DNA from: Myxococcota bacterium
Lineage (GTDB): Bacteria > Myxococcota_A > UBA796 > CAJQPC01
Length of the DNA stretch: 47,339 nucleotides
Direction of reading: 5' to 3'
NCBI GenBank assembly: GCA_036337845.1
Contig: JAYZDK010000165.1
Span: 1-47,339, forward strand
Made by a program: the position numbers and the translations under genes
In this document: piece by piece, positions 46,201 to 47,339 of the stretch
How positions within the stretch are numbered: position 1 is the stretch's first letter
How the letters are laid out: each line of letters starts with the position of its first letter
Notes under the pieces: generated by a model
Seen by the model: the letters and a program-made list of their open reading frames with translations, nothing else
Database searches by the model: none
What the model was told of the DNA's origin: nothing

Positions 46201-47339
46201 CGTCCACCCCCACCGTCAGGCAAGTCTCCTCCGCAGTGGTCTTGATATCAAAATCGGTGTCGTTGCAGTCCACGCCAACACTGCCATCTCTCTGCAAGCG
46301 CTGGTAGTGCTCTTCACCGTCTGCATCCGCATCAAACTCGAACTCGTCTCCATCACAAGCGGCATCAATGCCGTCGTAGTGCTCATCTGTGAGCACCCCT
46401 GGATTCACATCCCCCGAGCCAAGTTGCACAAGGGAGTTGAGCGCCTCGTAGCCATCCGGTATGCCATCGCAGTCGCTATCTGAGTCCGTCAGTAGTCCGC
46501 AATCGGCATCCACCCAGTTCTGCAACCCATCTGCATCGCAGTCCAACGCTTCAGCGCAGTCGGCATCTTCCGAGTTCGGAACTCCATCCCCGTCACAGTC
46601 GGTGTAGAGGTCGATACTGTCCAAGCAGTCCGGGTCCGTCGCATTGGGCTCACCGTCATCGTCACAGTCCCCGTAGGGATCTGCGGTCGGCAGACAGTCC
46701 TCATCCTCGGGATTGAACACACCGTCTCCGTCGCAGTCCGACAGATCCGAGCAGTCCGAATCAGCATCGTTCTGCACTCCATCCCCATCACAATCCAAGA
46801 AGACGTCCGGATTGGAAGGACAGTCCGCCGTGTCCAACTCATTGGGGACGTTATCCCCATCACAGTCATACTTGGTGACCAGACAGGCCTCGGCCGGCCT
46901 GTCCCAGCAGTCACCCACACGACTCAAATCGTGACTGAAAAACACGTCGGTGTTCTCCCAGTCGCAGCCGAGTCCTGAGTCATCGTTGGGAATGTTCTCA
47001 CAATCCGGGTCGTCTACGTTCTCCACGCCATCGTCATCACAATCCAAGGCGCTGAGGCACTCTGGGTCGTCCGCATTGGGGACACCGTCCTGGTCGCAGT
47101 CGAGGTAGTAGGGCCGAACGTTGAGCCAACCATCCCCATCGAGGTCGGCATCGCTGCCATCACAGTTCTCATCGATGCAGTTGTAGCCAATCTCAACGGC
47201 GTCTTGGAGGGAGTTGGGGTTTGCTGCGGCGTCTTGGTCGTTACAGTCGGCTCCTTTCGGAAATGAATCACCATCCTGGTCGTCATCATTCCCGTCACAG
47301 TTCTCATCGATGCCGTTGTACCAGACCTCCTCCGCCGTC
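43286..47339 (-). CDS. Giant Cys/Asp-rich repeat protein (MopE-type and TSP3-like repeats) with a C-terminal lamin-tail domain; 5'-partial, continuing beyond the window
   Basis: Stop at 43286. I hand-translated the same frame from 47338 to 47048 and found no stop (TAEEVWYNGIDENCDGNDDDQDGDSF...ECLSAL-DCDDDG). The ORF-track 'start' at 47047 is therefore only the first TTG in an open frame. There are many CDGxDNDCDG repeats. The LTD-like segment is LVITEIHADPAGPEPDLEWFEIYNPTSVDMFVDGLRFS. Confidence 0.75.
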   Translation of the reverse strand, partial: TAEEVWYNGIDENCDGNDDDQDGDSFPKGADCNDQDAAANPNSLQDAVEIGYNCIDENCDGSDADLDGDGWLNVRPYYLDCDQDGVPNADDPECLSALDCDDDGVENVDDPDCENIPNDDSGLGCDWENTDVFFSHDLSRVGDCWDRPAEACLVTKYDCDGDNVPNELDTADCPSNPDVFLDCDGDGVQNDADSDCSDLSDCDGDGVFNPEDEDCLPTADPYGDCDDDGEPNATDPDCLDSIDLYTDCDGDGVPNSEDADCAEALDCDADGLQNWVDADCGLLTDSDSDCDGIPDGYEALNSLVQLGSGDVNPGVLTDEHYDGIDAACDGDEFEFDADADGEEHYQRLQRDGSVGVDCNDTDFDIKTTAEETCLTVGVDDDCDGSANDEGAFDCSTWYADVDSDGFGSDSLAPACTCEPFVPFNATRAGDCDDNHAAAYPDDPDTPEADAGVEICDGLDNDCNGTVDGADASDALTWYADSDSDGFGDPLDTQLACSAPVVSGVTYVDNDLDCSPTDPDAHPNALEFCDGHDDDCDGEIDEADAENTTLWYRDLDSDGFGDVTQVADACDAPTGFVAVADDCQDTDGTVFPQATELCDGLDNDCDGQIPDVELDHDADQYVECSVDGGGWDGVSIQGGDDCLDDPGELDASQVHPNATELCDGRDNDCDGLVSPEENDDDGDGYVECVVDSGGWDGTLVITDGGDCDDLLDSVFPGVPEVCDGLDNDCSGVVDDFASDAITFYQDADGDGFGTSTATTAACAQPSGYVSSSGDEDCDDSDPGISPAAAEVCDAGDVDEDCDGQTDDNDPEGALGPTDWYFDGDLDGFGDPNVSPNSACDPSGTFTADNADDCDDGNDDINPAENELCSTPGVDDDCDGTPDEGSAIDADSWYADLDGDSYGDDDSEVTACADPGGVVPDGGDCDDSDPAISPGAAETCDAANVDEDCDGQADDSDPEGASGGTGWFPDSDGDGQGDESQTNSLIFCDLGPGRSATNDDCDDSDATVFLSAVELCDGQDNDCDGSLLADEVDGDGDLEAICVLDAGGWDGAGSVSSGGDCDDTNASVNTSASEVCNDIDDDCQGGVDDGVTITFYEDADADTFGNPDSSTEDCSVPTGYVADDTDCDDTDSAINSAASEVANELDDDCDDLVDETFRLAGDLVITEIHADPAGPEPDLEWFEIYNPTSVDMFVDGLRFSTSCDSGAEFVVGVDGLVVGASGYAVLCHSDDVLGPFCDYVYGSDVNGTSQQGATSEASFCLSTDLNASLSLDLDGDSIDVVSWTPGQSGWPTIVEGASLTLNPANLTATENDDGTLWCYPAEFTDQYDFTNGNSGTPGAAASTCDASYPNGL

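Noticed and set aside
47014-47307. 97-aa minus-strand ORF at the window end (MRTVTGMMTTRM...)
   Set aside because: It is an off-frame shadow of the giant repeat gene. The true frame, which I hand-translated, is open from 47338 through 47047 and encodes canonical NGIDENCDG repeats.

Overview
This is a gene-dense, GC-rich chromosomal segment with about 33 protein-coding genes. I found no rRNA, tRNA, CRISPR array, transposase or integrase. Housekeeping genes are present: a fused E1 alpha/beta 2-oxoacid dehydrogenase, gpmI, ltaE, mdh, bioF and bioA, cysD and cysNC, a thiolase with a 3-hydroxyacyl-CoA dehydrogenase, and an ABC-F ATPase. They are interleaved with a large envelope and secretome complement. 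That complement includes two tandem paralogous vWA lipoproteins, a TSP3-repeat outer-membrane-like protein, a GH18 hydrolase, a PspA/IM30 gene, a GT-C-like membrane protein and a Ser/Thr kinase with a PEGA-like tail. It also includes three very large Cys/Asp-rich proteins built from MopE-type 'CDGxDNDCDG' metal-binding-motif repeats, variously combined with LamG, FG-GAP or lamin-tail domains. Two exported proteins end in Cys-containing MYXO-CTERM-like tails, which together with the MopE repeats suggests a Myxococcota-like organism; that is inference only. The most notable observation is a 79-codon SelW/Rdx-like gene (23678-23917) in an apparently empty gap. It has an in-frame TGA at the CxxU redox position followed by a SECIS-like hairpin, and the ORF track cannot see it. 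Other points worth a second look are listed here.
- A DnaD-like/zinc-ribbon DnaC-like ATPase pair with no IS21 transposase.
- A B12-radical-SAM gene paired with a polyacidic secreted protein.
- A pspA / small basic ORF / GT-C arrangement.
- A bio cluster split by cysD-cysNC.
- Four convergent gene junctions with no spacer or with overlap.
- A giant repeat-protein gene that runs off the window edge, although the ORF track shows it starting internally.

All functional calls come from motif recognition by eye; no database search was run.
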